Shown here one piece after another: positions 18,682 to 29,118 of a stretch of DNA of 64,000 bases (positions are counted from its first letter, which is position 1; each line of letters opens with the position of its first letter). Source of the DNA: an uncultured Eubacteriales bacterium (GTDB lineage Bacteria; Bacillota; Clostridia; TANB77; CAG-508). The stretch lies in NCBI GenBank assembly GCA_949294555.1, contig CASFHP010000002.1, positions 38,087 through 102,086 of the forward strand, written 5' to 3'. A model generated the notes under the pieces. That model was not told where the DNA came from. It worked only from the letters and a program-made list of their open reading frames with translations, and searched no databases. Made by a program: the position numbers and the translations under genes.

Positions 18682-19410
18682 TTACTGTGCTTTTAAAGTA
18701 ATTAGTGTCATTGTTACACTACCATTGGCAATTGCTCCCTGAATTTTAATATCATTGCCAGTCTCATTTTTAAACTTAAAATCATAACTACCATAGGCAA
18801 CCGCAGCATCCTTACCTTCTGCAACATAAGGAACATGATTACTATGAGGATGTCTTTCTACGACAGTTAAGCTAGGAACTGCAAGTACTGCATTATATAG
18901 CGTACTACTTACTTGACAATTACCACCACCATAGCCTTTTTTCTTGTTACCATTATGATCATAAATATCTGCTTCTAAATATCCTTTGCTACTTGTTGCT
19001 GGGCCAACAGTATTACAAAATGAAAATGTTTCTCCATTTTTGACAATTGTTCCATTTAATGTTGAAATTGTTATTTCCATATTTTTGTTTCTGTTAGAAT
19101 CATTAGAATAAATTTTGGTAGAAAAGGTAGATAATTGTTCTTCTATAATTTGAGGTGCTGGTGTTGTATTGCTATCTGATGTATTTGTCTGATTTTCTTC
19201 AGAAGATGTATTTTCCTGCGTATTTGTGGCGTTTTCATTATCTGAATTATTTTCGTCTTCAGATGTATTGGTTTCAGTAGATGTTCGATTGGCCTCATAA
19301 TTAGCTCCTTCGTCAGAATTTGAAGTTGCATTTTTTACATAAACATAGATACCAATTCCAATTAATATAAGTAAACCAATAATAATTAATATTCCCATTT
19401 TTTTATTCAT
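18682..19410 (-). CDS. VanW family protein with an N-terminal signal-anchor and an N/T/S/E-rich linker
   Basis: The VanW domain motifs GETFSFCNTVGP and the YGGG region are present. The start was chosen at MNKKMGIL. Confidence 0.7.
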   Translation of the reverse strand: MNKKMGILIIIGLLILIGIGIYVYVKNATSNSDEGANYEANRTSTETNTSEDENNSDNENATNTQENTSSEENQTNTSDSNTTPAPQIIEEQLSTFSTKIYSNDSNRNKNMEITISTLNGTIVKNGETFSFCNTVGPATSSKGYLEADIYDHNGNKKKGYGGGNCQVSSTLYNAVLAVPSLTVVERHPHSNHVPYVAEGKDAAVAYGSYDFKFKNETGNDIKIQGAIANGSVTMTLITLKAQ

Positions 19411-19515
19411 TTTTATCACCAAATTTATTGTAACCAAAACCTTTAAAAATTATTGACAATTCACGAAAAAATATATATAATTATATATGGATATCAAAGG
19501 AAAAGGAGAAAAAAT

Positions 19516-19692
19516 ATGCTTGCTAAATATTGGAAAAAAATAGGAATGCTTATTTTAATTGTAGCTTGTGTGTTTAATGTTATGAATAAATTAGTGCACA
19601 AACTTTCATTAAACAGTGAAATGTTGTCTTCTGCACAATATATATATGACCAACAACAAAATGAAACAAATAATGAAAATAACACAAATTAG
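19516..19692 (+). CDS. Small membrane protein
   Basis: The RBS AAAGGAGAAAAAATATG, one TM helix, and an upstream TTGACA-17-TATAAT promoter at about 19444-19473. Confidence 0.3.
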   Translation: MLAKYWKKIGMLILIVACVFNVMNKLVHKLSLNSEMLSSAQYIYDQQQNETNNENNTN

Positions 19693-19771
19693 GTCTTGAA
19701 AAATATAAAAAAATATGTTATGATTAAAAACAGTCAGATTATTTTGAGTTTAAGAAAGAGGTGAACAAGAA

Positions 19772-19972
19772 ATGAAAGAAGGAATACATCCAAACTATAA
19801 CCAAACAACAATTACATGTGCATGTGGAAATGTTTTAGAAGTTGGTTCAACAAAAAAAGATATTAAAGTTGATATATGCTCTAAATGTCATCCATTCTGG
19901 ACAGGAAACTTAAGACAAGAAACAGCTGGTGGTAGAGCAGATAAATTTAAGAAAAAATATGGACTTGCATAA
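19772..19972 (+). CDS. rpmE: 50S ribosomal protein L31
   Basis: MKEGIHPNY...C..C...C..C zinc ribbon, 66 aa. Confidence 0.9.
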   Translation: MKEGIHPNYNQTTITCACGNVLEVGSTKKDIKVDICSKCHPFWTGNLRQETAGGRADKFKKKYGLA

Positions 19973-20008
19973 GAATAAAAGTAGAACAAAATCTACTTTT
20001 ATTTTTTT

Positions 20009-20036
20009 GCATTATAGGAAATTGCATTTTACAAAA
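20009..20036. repeat. Palindromic family member 2 (GCATTATAGGAAATTGCATTTTACAAAA, imperfect), after the rpmE terminator
   Basis: The same left arm GCATTATAGGAAAT, with a degenerate right arm. Confidence 0.45.
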
Positions 20037-20079
20037 TATGAATAAATTTATTGCAAAAATCGCGAAAATATAATAAAAT

Positions 20080-21516
20080 ATGCAAAAGATGGAGGGTTTA
20101 ATCGTGGATACAATAAATGAAGTAAAAAAACAAGAAGAATATATAGAAAAAGTAAAAGAACTAAATAAAGGAAAAAATTTAAAATATCATATTTTAACAA
20201 TGGGATGTCAATTAAATGAGAACGATTCTGAAAAACTATGTGGAATGTTAGAAAAGATGGGATATGTTAGAACAGATAACTTTCAAGAAGCAGACCTGAA
20301 CGTATTTAACACTTGTTGTGTAAGAGAAAATGCAGAGGATAAGTTATTTGGAAAATTAGGAGAGTTAAAACGTGTAAAAGAAGAAAAAGGAACAATTATT
20401 GCCATTGGTGGCTGTATGATGCAAGAAAAGCATATAACAGATAAAATCAAAGAAAGTTATCCTTTTGTTGATATTTTATTTGGAACACATACTTTGTACC
20501 GTTTTCCAGAAGACTTATATAAAGCCTTAATAGAAAAGAAAAAACAAGAAGACATTTTAGATATAGACGGAGAAATTTATGAAGGTTTACCAATCAAAAG
20601 AGATAGCAATATTAAGGCATCTGTTACGATTATGAATGGTTGCAATAATTTTTGTACTTATTGCATTGTGCCATATGTAAGAGGAAGAGAAAGAAGTAGA
20701 GAGCCAAGAGAAATTATAAAGGAAGTAGAAGAACTTGCAAAACAAGGATATAAAGAAATTACATTATTAGGGCAAAATGTCAATTCTTATTTACGAGTAG
20801 AAAAAGAAAAAGAAAAACCATTTGAAGCATATCAAGGTGTCAATTCTTTTGCAACCTTGTTAAGAGCCATCAACAAAATAGATGGTATTGAAAGAATTCG
20901 ATTTGTTTCGCCACATCCAAAAGATTTTACAGATGATGTAATAGAAGCAATTGCCGATTGTGATAAAGTGTGCAAATTGGTACATTTACCATTACAATCT
21001 GGGAATACCAAAGTATTAAAAGAAATGAATCGAAAATATACCAAAGAACAATACCTTAATTTAGTAGAAAAAATGAAGGAAAAAATACCAAACTTAACAT
21101 TATCAACAGATATTATTGTGGGATTTCCTGGAGAGACAGAAGAAGAATTTGAAGATACTTTAGATGTTGTAAGAAAGGTAAGATTTGAACAAGTATTTAT
21201 GTTCATCTATTCAAGAAGAGTAGGAACACCAGGAGATAAAATGGAAAATCAAATTTCAGAAGAAGTAAAACATAAACGTTTTGATAGACTAAAAGCACTA
21301 GTAGAAAGTCAAATAGAAGAAAATAATCAAAAATATGTTGGTACCATCCAAAAAGTGCTAGTTGAAGGAACAAGCAAAAATAATGAAAACATGTTAACAG
21401 GAAGAACAGACAGCAATAAAGTAGTTATTTTTGAAGGGGCAAAAGAACAAATTGGAACGATGGTTGACTTAAAAATCGTGTCAGAACATATGTGGTATTT
21501 AAAAGGAAAAATATAA
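20080..21516 (+). CDS. miaB: tRNA-i6A37 methylthiotransferase MiaB
   Basis: The MTTase N-terminal cysteines, the radical SAM motif CNNFCTYC, and a TRAM C-terminus. Confidence 0.9.
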   Translation: MQKMEGLIVDTINEVKKQEEYIEKVKELNKGKNLKYHILTMGCQLNENDSEKLCGMLEKMGYVRTDNFQEADLNVFNTCCVRENAEDKLFGKLGELKRVKEEKGTIIAIGGCMMQEKHITDKIKESYPFVDILFGTHTLYRFPEDLYKALIEKKKQEDILDIDGEIYEGLPIKRDSNIKASVTIMNGCNNFCTYCIVPYVRGRERSREPREIIKEVEELAKQGYKEITLLGQNVNSYLRVEKEKEKPFEAYQGVNSFATLLRAINKIDGIERIRFVSPHPKDFTDDVIEAIADCDKVCKLVHLPLQSGNTKVLKEMNRKYTKEQYLNLVEKMKEKIPNLTLSTDIIVGFPGETEEEFEDTLDVVRKVRFEQVFMFIYSRRVGTPGDKMENQISEEVKHKRFDRLKALVESQIEENNQKYVGTIQKVLVEGTSKNNENMLTGRTDSNKVVIFEGAKEQIGTMVDLKIVSEHMWYLKGKI

Positions 21517-21535
21517 GTAAGGAATGTGAGTATAA

Positions 21536-21826
21536 ATGGATTTCGGATTGTCAAAAGAAGTATTAAGTCAAATAAGAAACATAGTAAACGAAAATCAAAA
21601 ATATCAATTTAAAATATTTGGTTCAAGAGCAAAAAATACATATAAAAAAACGTCAGACATCGATATTGCGGTTTTTGAAAATGTTAGCAAAGAAGACGAA
21701 TACAAAATACGAAATAGTTTTGACTTATTAAATATTGTATATAAAATTGATTTAGTATTTATAAATAAACATACAAAGCCAGAATTTTTAAAGGAAATTA
21801 TGGAAGAAGGGGTGGAAATAAAATGA
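21536..21826 (+). CDS. Nucleotidyltransferase (MNT) domain protein
   Basis: The motif FGSRAKNTYKKTSDIDIAV (GSx10DxD). Confidence 0.7.
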   Translation: MDFGLSKEVLSQIRNIVNENQKYQFKIFGSRAKNTYKKTSDIDIAVFENVSKEDEYKIRNSFDLLNIVYKIDLVFINKHTKPEFLKEIMEEGVEIK

Positions 21827-22218
21827 AAAGATTTGAAGAAAGAAAACAGGATTTAGTAAATGCTACGAATAGATTAAAAGAAGCCTTAAATGAAGAAGAA
21901 AGTGAATTAATGGTAGATGCAGTATTACATAGATATGAATTCACATTTGAACTTGCTTGGAAAACACTAAAAGATTATTTAGAATATTTAGGTGTGACAA
22001 TGAATACAGGAAGTCCAAGAGAAGTAATAAAAGAAAGCTTTGCACATGAATTGATTTCTGATGGAGAAGTGTGGATAAAAATGATGCTTGCGAGAAATTC
22101 ATTATCTCATTTATATGATGAAGAAACATTTAGAGAAGTATATGAAGAAATAAAAAATGAGTATATCTACCAGATTGAAAAACTAGTTGAAACATTAGAA
22201 AAAGCTAAGAAAGAATAA
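21823..22218 (+). CDS. HI0074-family nucleotidyltransferase substrate-binding (HEPN) protein
   Basis: 131 aa. The start overlaps the MNT stop (ATGA coupling). The helical domain is HI0074/HEPN-like. Confidence 0.7.
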   Translation: MKRFEERKQDLVNATNRLKEALNEEESELMVDAVLHRYEFTFELAWKTLKDYLEYLGVTMNTGSPREVIKESFAHELISDGEVWIKMMLARNSLSHLYDEETFREVYEEIKNEYIYQIEKLVETLEKAKKE

Positions 22219-22247
22219 TATGAAAAAGAAAGAAGGAAAAATACGAA

Positions 22248-24875
22248 ATGGCAGAAAACAAAGAAAAAGAATTTTCACCTATGATGCAACGCTATCTTGA
22301 AACAAAAGAACAATACAAAGACTGTATCCTATTTTACAGGCTAGGAGACTTTTATGAAATGTTCTTTGATGACGCAATTACTGCTGCAAGGGAATTAGAA
22401 ATTACACTAACAGGAAAAGACTGTGGACAAGAAGAAAGAGCACCAATGGCAGGTGTACCACATCATGCGGCTGAAATGTATATATCAAGATTAATTGCAA
22501 AAGGATATAAAGTTGCGATATGTGAACAATTAGAAGACCCCAAAACGGCAAAAGGAATTGTCAAAAGAGGCGTTATTAGAGTTGTTACGCCAGGCACAAT
22601 TGTAGAAAGCAATATGCTGGAAGAAAGAAAAAATAACTATATCATGTCTATTTTTAAATCTGGAATTTATTTCGGAATTAGTGTATGTGATATATCAACA
22701 GGAGAATTCTATGCAGCAGAAATCAAGGACAATAACAATTTTCCACAACTGTTAGATGAGATTGCAAGATATTCTCCATCAGAGTTAGTTATCAATTCTA
22801 ATTTGGCAGATTGCACAGAAGAAATGAGTAAAATCAGAGAACGTTTTAACGCATATATTACAAGATTTCAAGACAAATTTTTTGATACAAAGCCAGACAT
22901 TATCAAATTGCGATTTAATTTAGTAGATACCAACCAAAAGCCAATTGAAAATATAGAAGAAAGAAGTTTTGCAGTAGCAAGTATCAATGCACTAATTGAA
23001 TACATAGAGCAAACACAAATGACGAGTTTAGACCATATTAATAAAATTACGATTTATCAAATATCCAAATATATGTCTTTAGACATCAATGCGAGAAGAA
23101 ACTTAGAAATTACAGAAAAAATGAGAGATAAATCTAAAAAAGGAACCTTATTATGGGTGTTAGATAAAACCTCAACTTCAATGGGAGGAAGACATTTAAG
23201 AAGATGGCTAAATGACCCATTGATTGATACTTTAGAAATTAATAAAAGGCTAGAAGCAGTAAAAGAATTGAAAGAAAATGTTATGCTTAGGGGAGATGTT
23301 ATTGACAACCTAAAAAAAGTTTATGACATTGAAAGATTAGCAGGAAAAATGGCTTATGGCAATGCCAATGCAAGAGATATGATTACATTAAAAAATTCGC
23401 TAGCAAGATTGCCAGAAGTAAAAAGTGTTTTACAAAATTGTAACGCTCCAATGTTAAAAGATATTTATGAAAATTTGGATGAACTACAAGATATTCATGA
23501 ATTAATTGAGAAATCCATTGTAGAAGATCCACCAATGATAGTAAAAGATGGTGGAATTATCAAAATGGGATATAATGAAGAGGTAGACAAATTAAAAACA
23601 GCTACAACAGAAGGAAAAAACTGGATTATTCAATTAGAAGCTGAGGAAAGAGAAAAAACAGGAATTAAAAACTTAAAGGTTGGATTTAATAAAGTGTTTG
23701 GCTATTTCATCGAAGTCACAAAATCAAATTTGGACCAAGTTCCTGAAAGATATATCAGAAAACAAACTTTAACAAATGCGGAAAGATACATCACAGAAGA
23801 GTTGAAAAACTTAGAAAACCAAATTTTAGGAGCAGAAGAAAAAGTCGTTATATTGGAATATGATTTGTTTACAAAGATAAGAGAAGAAATTGCCAAAAAT
23901 ATTGTTAGATTACAAAAAACAGCAACAATGGTATCTACTTTAGATGTGTTGGCGTCATTTGCACAGGTGGCAGAAGATATGAATTATTGCATGCCACAAG
24001 TAGACAATTCAGGTGTGATTGATATAAAGGGTGGACGCCATCCAGTAATTGAAAAAATGCTAGGTGCAGGAGAGTTTGTAGAAAATGATACATATCTTGA
24101 TAAAGATGAAAATAGACTATCAATCATTACAGGACCAAACATGGCAGGTAAATCAACATATATGAGACAAGTTGCTTTGATTACACTAATGGCACAAGTG
24201 GGAAGCTTTGTACCAGCAGAAGAGGCTAAAATTGGTGTAGTTGATAAAATCTTTACAAGAGTTGGTGCATCTGATGATCTAAGTATGGGACAAAGTACTT
24301 TCATGGTAGAAATGATGGAAGTAGCTACCATTTTAAAAGAAGCGACGCCAAACAGTCTAGTCATTTTAGATGAAATTGGAAGAGGAACTTCGACTTATGA
24401 TGGACTGTCTATTGCTTGGGCAGTAGCAGAATACATTGCCAATAAAGAAAAATGTGGTGCAAAAACATTATTTGCTACACACTATCATGAATTAACAGAA
24501 CTAGAAGAAAAAATAGAAGGTGTTAAAAATTATTCGATTGCCGTTAAAGAAAAAGGAGAAGATATTATCTTTTTAAGAAAGATTGTGAGAGGCGGAACAG
24601 ATGAAAGCTATGGTATTCATGTTGCAAGATTAGCAGGTGTTCCAAAAATGGTAACAGAAGAGGCAAATAAAATCTTGAAATCTTTAGAGAGAAAAAATAT
24701 TTTAACTGGTAAAAAAGAAGAAAAGAAAGATAAAAAACAGGTAGAAGGACAATTTGATATGTATAATTTCAAATTAGCAGAAATTGCCCATGAAATTGAT
24801 AAAATTAATCTAAACGAGTTAACACCAATTGATGCATTAAATACATTGGTAAAGATTAAAGAAAAGATGAAATAA
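22248..24875 (+). CDS. mutS: DNA mismatch repair protein MutS
   Basis: 875 aa, with the mismatch-binding N-terminus (GDFYE...), the Walker A motif GPNMAGKST and ...DEIGRGTSTYDG. Confidence 0.95.
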   Translation: MAENKEKEFSPMMQRYLETKEQYKDCILFYRLGDFYEMFFDDAITAARELEITLTGKDCGQEERAPMAGVPHHAAEMYISRLIAKGYKVAICEQLEDPKTAKGIVKRGVIRVVTPGTIVESNMLEERKNNYIMSIFKSGIYFGISVCDISTGEFYAAEIKDNNNFPQLLDEIARYSPSELVINSNLADCTEEMSKIRERFNAYITRFQDKFFDTKPDIIKLRFNLVDTNQKPIENIEERSFAVASINALIEYIEQTQMTSLDHINKITIYQISKYMSLDINARRNLEITEKMRDKSKKGTLLWVLDKTSTSMGGRHLRRWLNDPLIDTLEINKRLEAVKELKENVMLRGDVIDNLKKVYDIERLAGKMAYGNANARDMITLKNSLARLPEVKSVLQNCNAPMLKDIYENLDELQDIHELIEKSIVEDPPMIVKDGGIIKMGYNEEVDKLKTATTEGKNWIIQLEAEEREKTGIKNLKVGFNKVFGYFIEVTKSNLDQVPERYIRKQTLTNAERYITEELKNLENQILGAEEKVVILEYDLFTKIREEIAKNIVRLQKTATMVSTLDVLASFAQVAEDMNYCMPQVDNSGVIDIKGGRHPVIEKMLGAGEFVENDTYLDKDENRLSIITGPNMAGKSTYMRQVALITLMAQVGSFVPAEEAKIGVVDKIFTRVGASDDLSMGQSTFMVEMMEVATILKEATPNSLVILDEIGRGTSTYDGLSIAWAVAEYIANKEKCGAKTLFATHYHELTELEEKIEGVKNYSIAVKEKGEDIIFLRKIVRGGTDESYGIHVARLAGVPKMVTEEANKILKSLERKNILTGKKEEKKDKKQVEGQFDMYNFKLAEIAHEIDKINLNELTPIDALNTLVKIKEKMK

Positions 24876-24905
24876 TGTCCAATTGGGGACGTTTCTATTT
24901 GGACA
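24876..24905. repeat. Single copy of the 31-bp TGTCCAATTGGGGACGTTTCT...GGACA repeat, immediately after the mutS stop
   Basis: The sequence TGTCCAATTGGGGACGTTTCTATTTGGACA is itself palindromic at its ends. Confidence 0.5.
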
Positions 24906-24923
24906 TTTAGAGGAAAACAAGTA

Positions 24924-25199
24924 ATGTTAGATAGTGATGTGACTATGTTATATCGGTATACAACCAAAAATATAAATAAAGCTATGAAAAGAAATATTAA
25001 TAGATTTCCAGAGGATTTTTGTTTTCAATTAACAGAAAAAGAAGTGGAAAACTTGAGGTTCCAATTTGGAACCTCAAGTTTAAACAAAGAAAATTATGGT
25101 GGAAGAAGGTATTTACCATATGTTTATACAGAACAATGTTTCACAATCTCAATAATAGAAGGTAATGAATATATCGAAAAAATGAGTCATTATATTTAA
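24924..25199 (+). CDS. ORF6N-domain protein (KilA-N-related DNA-binding domain)
   Basis: KRNINRFPEDFCFQLTEKEVENL and GGRRYLPYVYTEQ match the ORF6N consensus. Confidence 0.55.
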   Translation: MLDSDVTMLYRYTTKNINKAMKRNINRFPEDFCFQLTEKEVENLRFQFGTSSLNKENYGGRRYLPYVYTEQCFTISIIEGNEYIEKMSHYI

Positions 25200-25354
25200 A
25201 AAGATATAAGAATTAAAAGGGAGCCAGTGATGGCTTCTTTTTGTTGAAAAGGAAAAGTTGTTTTTTCTTTTCAACAAATAAATTTATCGCCAAAAATTCC
25301 CATAGGAAAAAGCAAAAAGAAATGCTAATATAGTATTAGAGGTGAAATTTACAT

Positions 25355-26578
25355 ATGAGATTGTTAAAAAGATATGGGGATAAGTTATTAGAAAAAGAAC
25401 TAAAAGCAAGCTATCGTTTCTTTATAAAAGAAGCAAATGTAAACTTAAAAAGTGAGGGATATGGATTAATAAAAGACAAAGACATGTATGCAGATGAAAT
25501 TGCAAGTATTGCATCAGTGGGGTATGGATTAGCAGCATTGGCCATAGGCTGTAATAGAAATTGGATTTCTTATCCAGAAGCCTATAAAAGAGTAAGCAAA
25601 ACATTAGATACTTTTTTAAATGTAGTTGAAGGAAAAAATGGATTTTTTTATCATTTTGTAAATATGGATACAGGAAAAAGAGAATGGGATTGTGAAATAT
25701 CAATTATTGATACAGCAATTTTCATATGTGGAGCAATATTAGCGGGAGAATTTTTTCAAGGAAGAATCAAACAAAAGGCAGAAGAGTTATATAGAAGAGT
25801 AAATTGGGAATGGTATAGAAATAAAGAAAACAATTATTTTTATATGGGATATAAGCCAGAAACAGGATTTTGGGGACATTGGGATATGTACGCAGAACAA
25901 CTTATGCTATATGTTTTAGGTGTAGCATCTCCAACATATCCAATTAGCAAAACCATGTATAATGACATGAAAAAAGAAACAAGTACATATGAAGGAATAA
26001 AAGATATTATTTATACATATTGTGGGACATTATTTACCTATCAATTTTCTCATGCTTGGATAGATTTTCGAGATAGAAAAGACGAAAATGGGATTGATTG
26101 GTTTGAAAATTCAAAAAAAGCGACAATTGCCAATAGACTATATTGCATTAAAAATAAAGATAAATTTAAAACATTTGGTGAAAACTCTTGGGGATTAACA
26201 GCATGTTTAGGGCCTAATGGATATTCAGGTGGATATGGAGCAATGCCAGCTTTAGCAGATTTAGACCAGCAAAATGACGGAACTGTTAGTCCATGTGGTG
26301 CAGTGGGTTCAATCGTTTTTACACCAGAATTAAGCATAAAAGCATTAGAAAATTTTTACAATCATTATCCAAAGCTATGGGGAAAATATGGCTTTATTGA
26401 TGGATATAATCTTGAAAACGGAGAATGGTATTCCAAAGAAGTAATAGGCATTGATAAAGGAATATCTATGATAATGATAGAAAATTATTTGTCACAATTC
26501 ATTTGGAGACAGTTTATGAAAAATGAATATGTGCAAAAAGGATTAGAAATGTTAAATATTAGGCGGAGGTTTCCATGA
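25355..26578 (+). CDS. Glucoamylase-like (DUF3131/GH144-like, putative beta-1,2-glucanase family) protein
   Basis: The C-terminal motif GIDKGISMIMIENYLSQFIWRQFM matches the conserved end of this family. The ORF overlaps the GH3 gene by 4 nt. Confidence 0.5.
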   Translation: MRLLKRYGDKLLEKELKASYRFFIKEANVNLKSEGYGLIKDKDMYADEIASIASVGYGLAALAIGCNRNWISYPEAYKRVSKTLDTFLNVVEGKNGFFYHFVNMDTGKREWDCEISIIDTAIFICGAILAGEFFQGRIKQKAEELYRRVNWEWYRNKENNYFYMGYKPETGFWGHWDMYAEQLMLYVLGVASPTYPISKTMYNDMKKETSTYEGIKDIIYTYCGTLFTYQFSHAWIDFRDRKDENGIDWFENSKKATIANRLYCIKNKDKFKTFGENSWGLTACLGPNGYSGGYGAMPALADLDQQNDGTVSPCGAVGSIVFTPELSIKALENFYNHYPKLWGKYGFIDGYNLENGEWYSKEVIGIDKGISMIMIENYLSQFIWRQFMKNEYVQKGLEMLNIRRRFP

Positions 26579-28803
26579 AACACAAAGAAATACTGGAATT
26601 ATTAAATAAAATGACAATAGAAGAAAAAATCGGTCAAATGGTACAAATAGCTGGAGATATATTTTTATCAGAGGATAAAAATGCAGTATTAACAGGACCA
26701 TTAAAAGATTTGCATTTACACAATGAAATGGTATATTCTATTGGCTCTGTTTTAAATGTTATAGGAGCCAGAAATGTAAGACAAGTCCAAAAGGAATATT
26801 TATCAAAAAGTAGATTAAAAATACCATTATTATTTATGGATGATATTATTAATGGATATAAAATTGCATTCCCAATTCCTATTGCACAAGGATGTTCATG
26901 GAATATCAAAGTCATTAAAGAAATGGCAGAAATTTCTGCTATGGAATCTAGCATAGCAGGTGCCAATGTAAACTTTTCGCCAATGGTGGATTTATCAAGA
27001 GATGCCAGATGGGGAAGAGTGATGGAATCTATTGGAGGGGAAGACCCTCTTCTAGGAGAAATATATGCAAAAACAATTGTGGAAACCTATCAAGGGAAAA
27101 AACTTACAGAAGTAGGAAAAATAGCATCTTGTGTAAAACATATTGCAGCTTATGGTGCAGTAGAAGCTGGAAGAGACTATAACACAGTAGATATGTCAGA
27201 AAGAGAATTCAGACAATATTATCTACCAGCATATAAATCAGCAATAGAAGCAGGAGCAGAAATGCTAATGACTTCTTTTAATATCTTAAATGGAATACCT
27301 GCAACTGTTAATACTTGGTTAATTCAAGAAATTATTAGAAAAGAATTAGGGTTCAAAGGAATTATCATTTCAGATTATGGTGCCATAGAAGAAACAATTG
27401 CACATGGTTATTCTGCAAATGGAAAAGAAGCTGCAAAAAATGCTATCAATGCAGGTGTAGATATTGATATGATGTCTAGCATATATGCGAATTATCTAAA
27501 AGAACTATGTATAGAAAATCAAGAAATAGAAAACAAAGTAAATGAAAGTGTATTACGAATATTATCATTAAAGAATAAACTAGGATTATTTGAAAATCCT
27601 TATGGGAATATAAATGAAGAAAAAGAAAAAACATATTTGATGAATCCAAGCAATTTGGAAAAAGCAAAAAAATTAACACAAGAAACATTTGTCTTATTGA
27701 AAAATAAACATCATATTTTACCAATAAACAAAGATAAAAAAATTGCTTTTATTGGACCATATGTAAACAATATTGGAATTACTGGTTCATGGTCAATGTT
27801 TTCTGACAGAAGTCAAAATCATACATTATTAGATAGTTTCCAAGAAAAACTAGGAAATAATATAGCCTATGCAAAAGGAAGTGAAATTTTAAGACAAGAA
27901 GAAATTAATAAAATATTGTCAGCAGAGGGATTGCCAATGGTTCATATAGAAAATGAAGCACAAAAAGAACAAGAAATGATTGCCTCAGCTGTAGAAATTT
28001 CAAAAAGAGCAGATATTATTCTTTTAGCATTAGGAGAACATTATAAGCAAACAGGAGAAGCCTGTTCACGTTCAGACATTGCATTACCAGAAAATCAAAT
28101 ACAATTGATAAACGAATTATACAAATTATCAAAACCAATGATTTTAATCTTGTTTAATGGGAGACCACTTCAGCTAAACACGATAGAAGAAAAGCTAGAC
28201 TCTATTTTGGAAGTATGGTTCCCAGGAACGACAGGGGCAAAAGCAATTACAGAAATCATACTAGGAGAAGAAAATCCATCAGGAAAACTAACCATGAGTT
28301 TTCCGCAAAATGTAGGGCAATGCCCAGTATATTATAACCATTACAACACAGGTAGACCACATCATGACAATTTTCGATATGTATCAAGATATCAAGACAT
28401 TCCGACAGAAAGTTTTTATCCATTTGGGTATGGTTTGTCATATTGTGATTTCAAATATACAGAATTACATCTAAACAAGCATAAAATTAGTGAAAATGAA
28501 ACAATTACAGTAATGGTAAAAATAGAAAATCAAAGTAATTATGCAGGATATGAAGTGGTACAGTTATATATTCAAGATGTATATGGAAGTGTGGTAAGAC
28601 CAGTAAAAGAATTAAAAGCATTTAAAAAAGAATATTTTAAACCTCATGAAATAAAATATGTGAAATTTGATATTAGTATTGATATGCTAAAATTTTGGAA
28701 TGATAAATTGGATTATGTTGCAGAGCCTGGACAGTTTAAGGTTTTTGTTGGTGGGGATTCTGTGAAGGTTTTGGAGGATAAATTTGAATTTTTGTTGGAT
28801 TAG
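26575..28803 (+). CDS. Glycoside hydrolase family 3 beta-glucosidase (BglX-like)
   Basis: GH3 N- and C-domains with the catalytic region GFKGIIISDYGAI, plus a fibronectin-like C-terminus. Confidence 0.85.
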   Translation: MKHKEILELLNKMTIEEKIGQMVQIAGDIFLSEDKNAVLTGPLKDLHLHNEMVYSIGSVLNVIGARNVRQVQKEYLSKSRLKIPLLFMDDIINGYKIAFPIPIAQGCSWNIKVIKEMAEISAMESSIAGANVNFSPMVDLSRDARWGRVMESIGGEDPLLGEIYAKTIVETYQGKKLTEVGKIASCVKHIAAYGAVEAGRDYNTVDMSEREFRQYYLPAYKSAIEAGAEMLMTSFNILNGIPATVNTWLIQEIIRKELGFKGIIISDYGAIEETIAHGYSANGKEAAKNAINAGVDIDMMSSIYANYLKELCIENQEIENKVNESVLRILSLKNKLGLFENPYGNINEEKEKTYLMNPSNLEKAKKLTQETFVLLKNKHHILPINKDKKIAFIGPYVNNIGITGSWSMFSDRSQNHTLLDSFQEKLGNNIAYAKGSEILRQEEINKILSAEGLPMVHIENEAQKEQEMIASAVEISKRADIILLALGEHYKQTGEACSRSDIALPENQIQLINELYKLSKPMILILFNGRPLQLNTIEEKLDSILEVWFPGTTGAKAITEIILGEENPSGKLTMSFPQNVGQCPVYYNHYNTGRPHHDNFRYVSRYQDIPTESFYPFGYGLSYCDFKYTELHLNKHKISENETITVMVKIENQSNYAGYEVVQLYIQDVYGSVVRPVKELKAFKKEYFKPHEIKYVKFDISIDMLKFWNDKLDYVAEPGQFKVFVGGDSVKVLEDKFEFLLD

Positions 28804-29118
28804 TATTCTTAATATTATTTGTTTTAGTGTTAGATTATATGAGGACAAGAGTAGGATTAAAACCAGAAGAATATGATAAAAAAGATATTGAACTAGAATA
28901 GAATAAAATATTCTTTGTGTGGATAGGTAGAGTGTTTTTTCTCTACCTATTTTTCTATTTTTTATGTAAAAATAGAAAAACAGTATATTATTTGCTATAA
29001 TAAAAGCAAAAAATATAGAATGTTAAGTTTAGTTGACAAATTTCCAAGGCTAGTTGGTAGTGTGCAACCAAAATTTACAGTATAATTTAGTTAAGAAATT
29101 TGAAAGGAGAAATAAAAA

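Noticed and set aside
29034-29090. TTGACA ... TATAAT upstream of the XRE gene as a promoter
   Set aside because: Spacing between the two hexamers is about 40 nt, which is incompatible with a single sigma-A promoter. It was not called.
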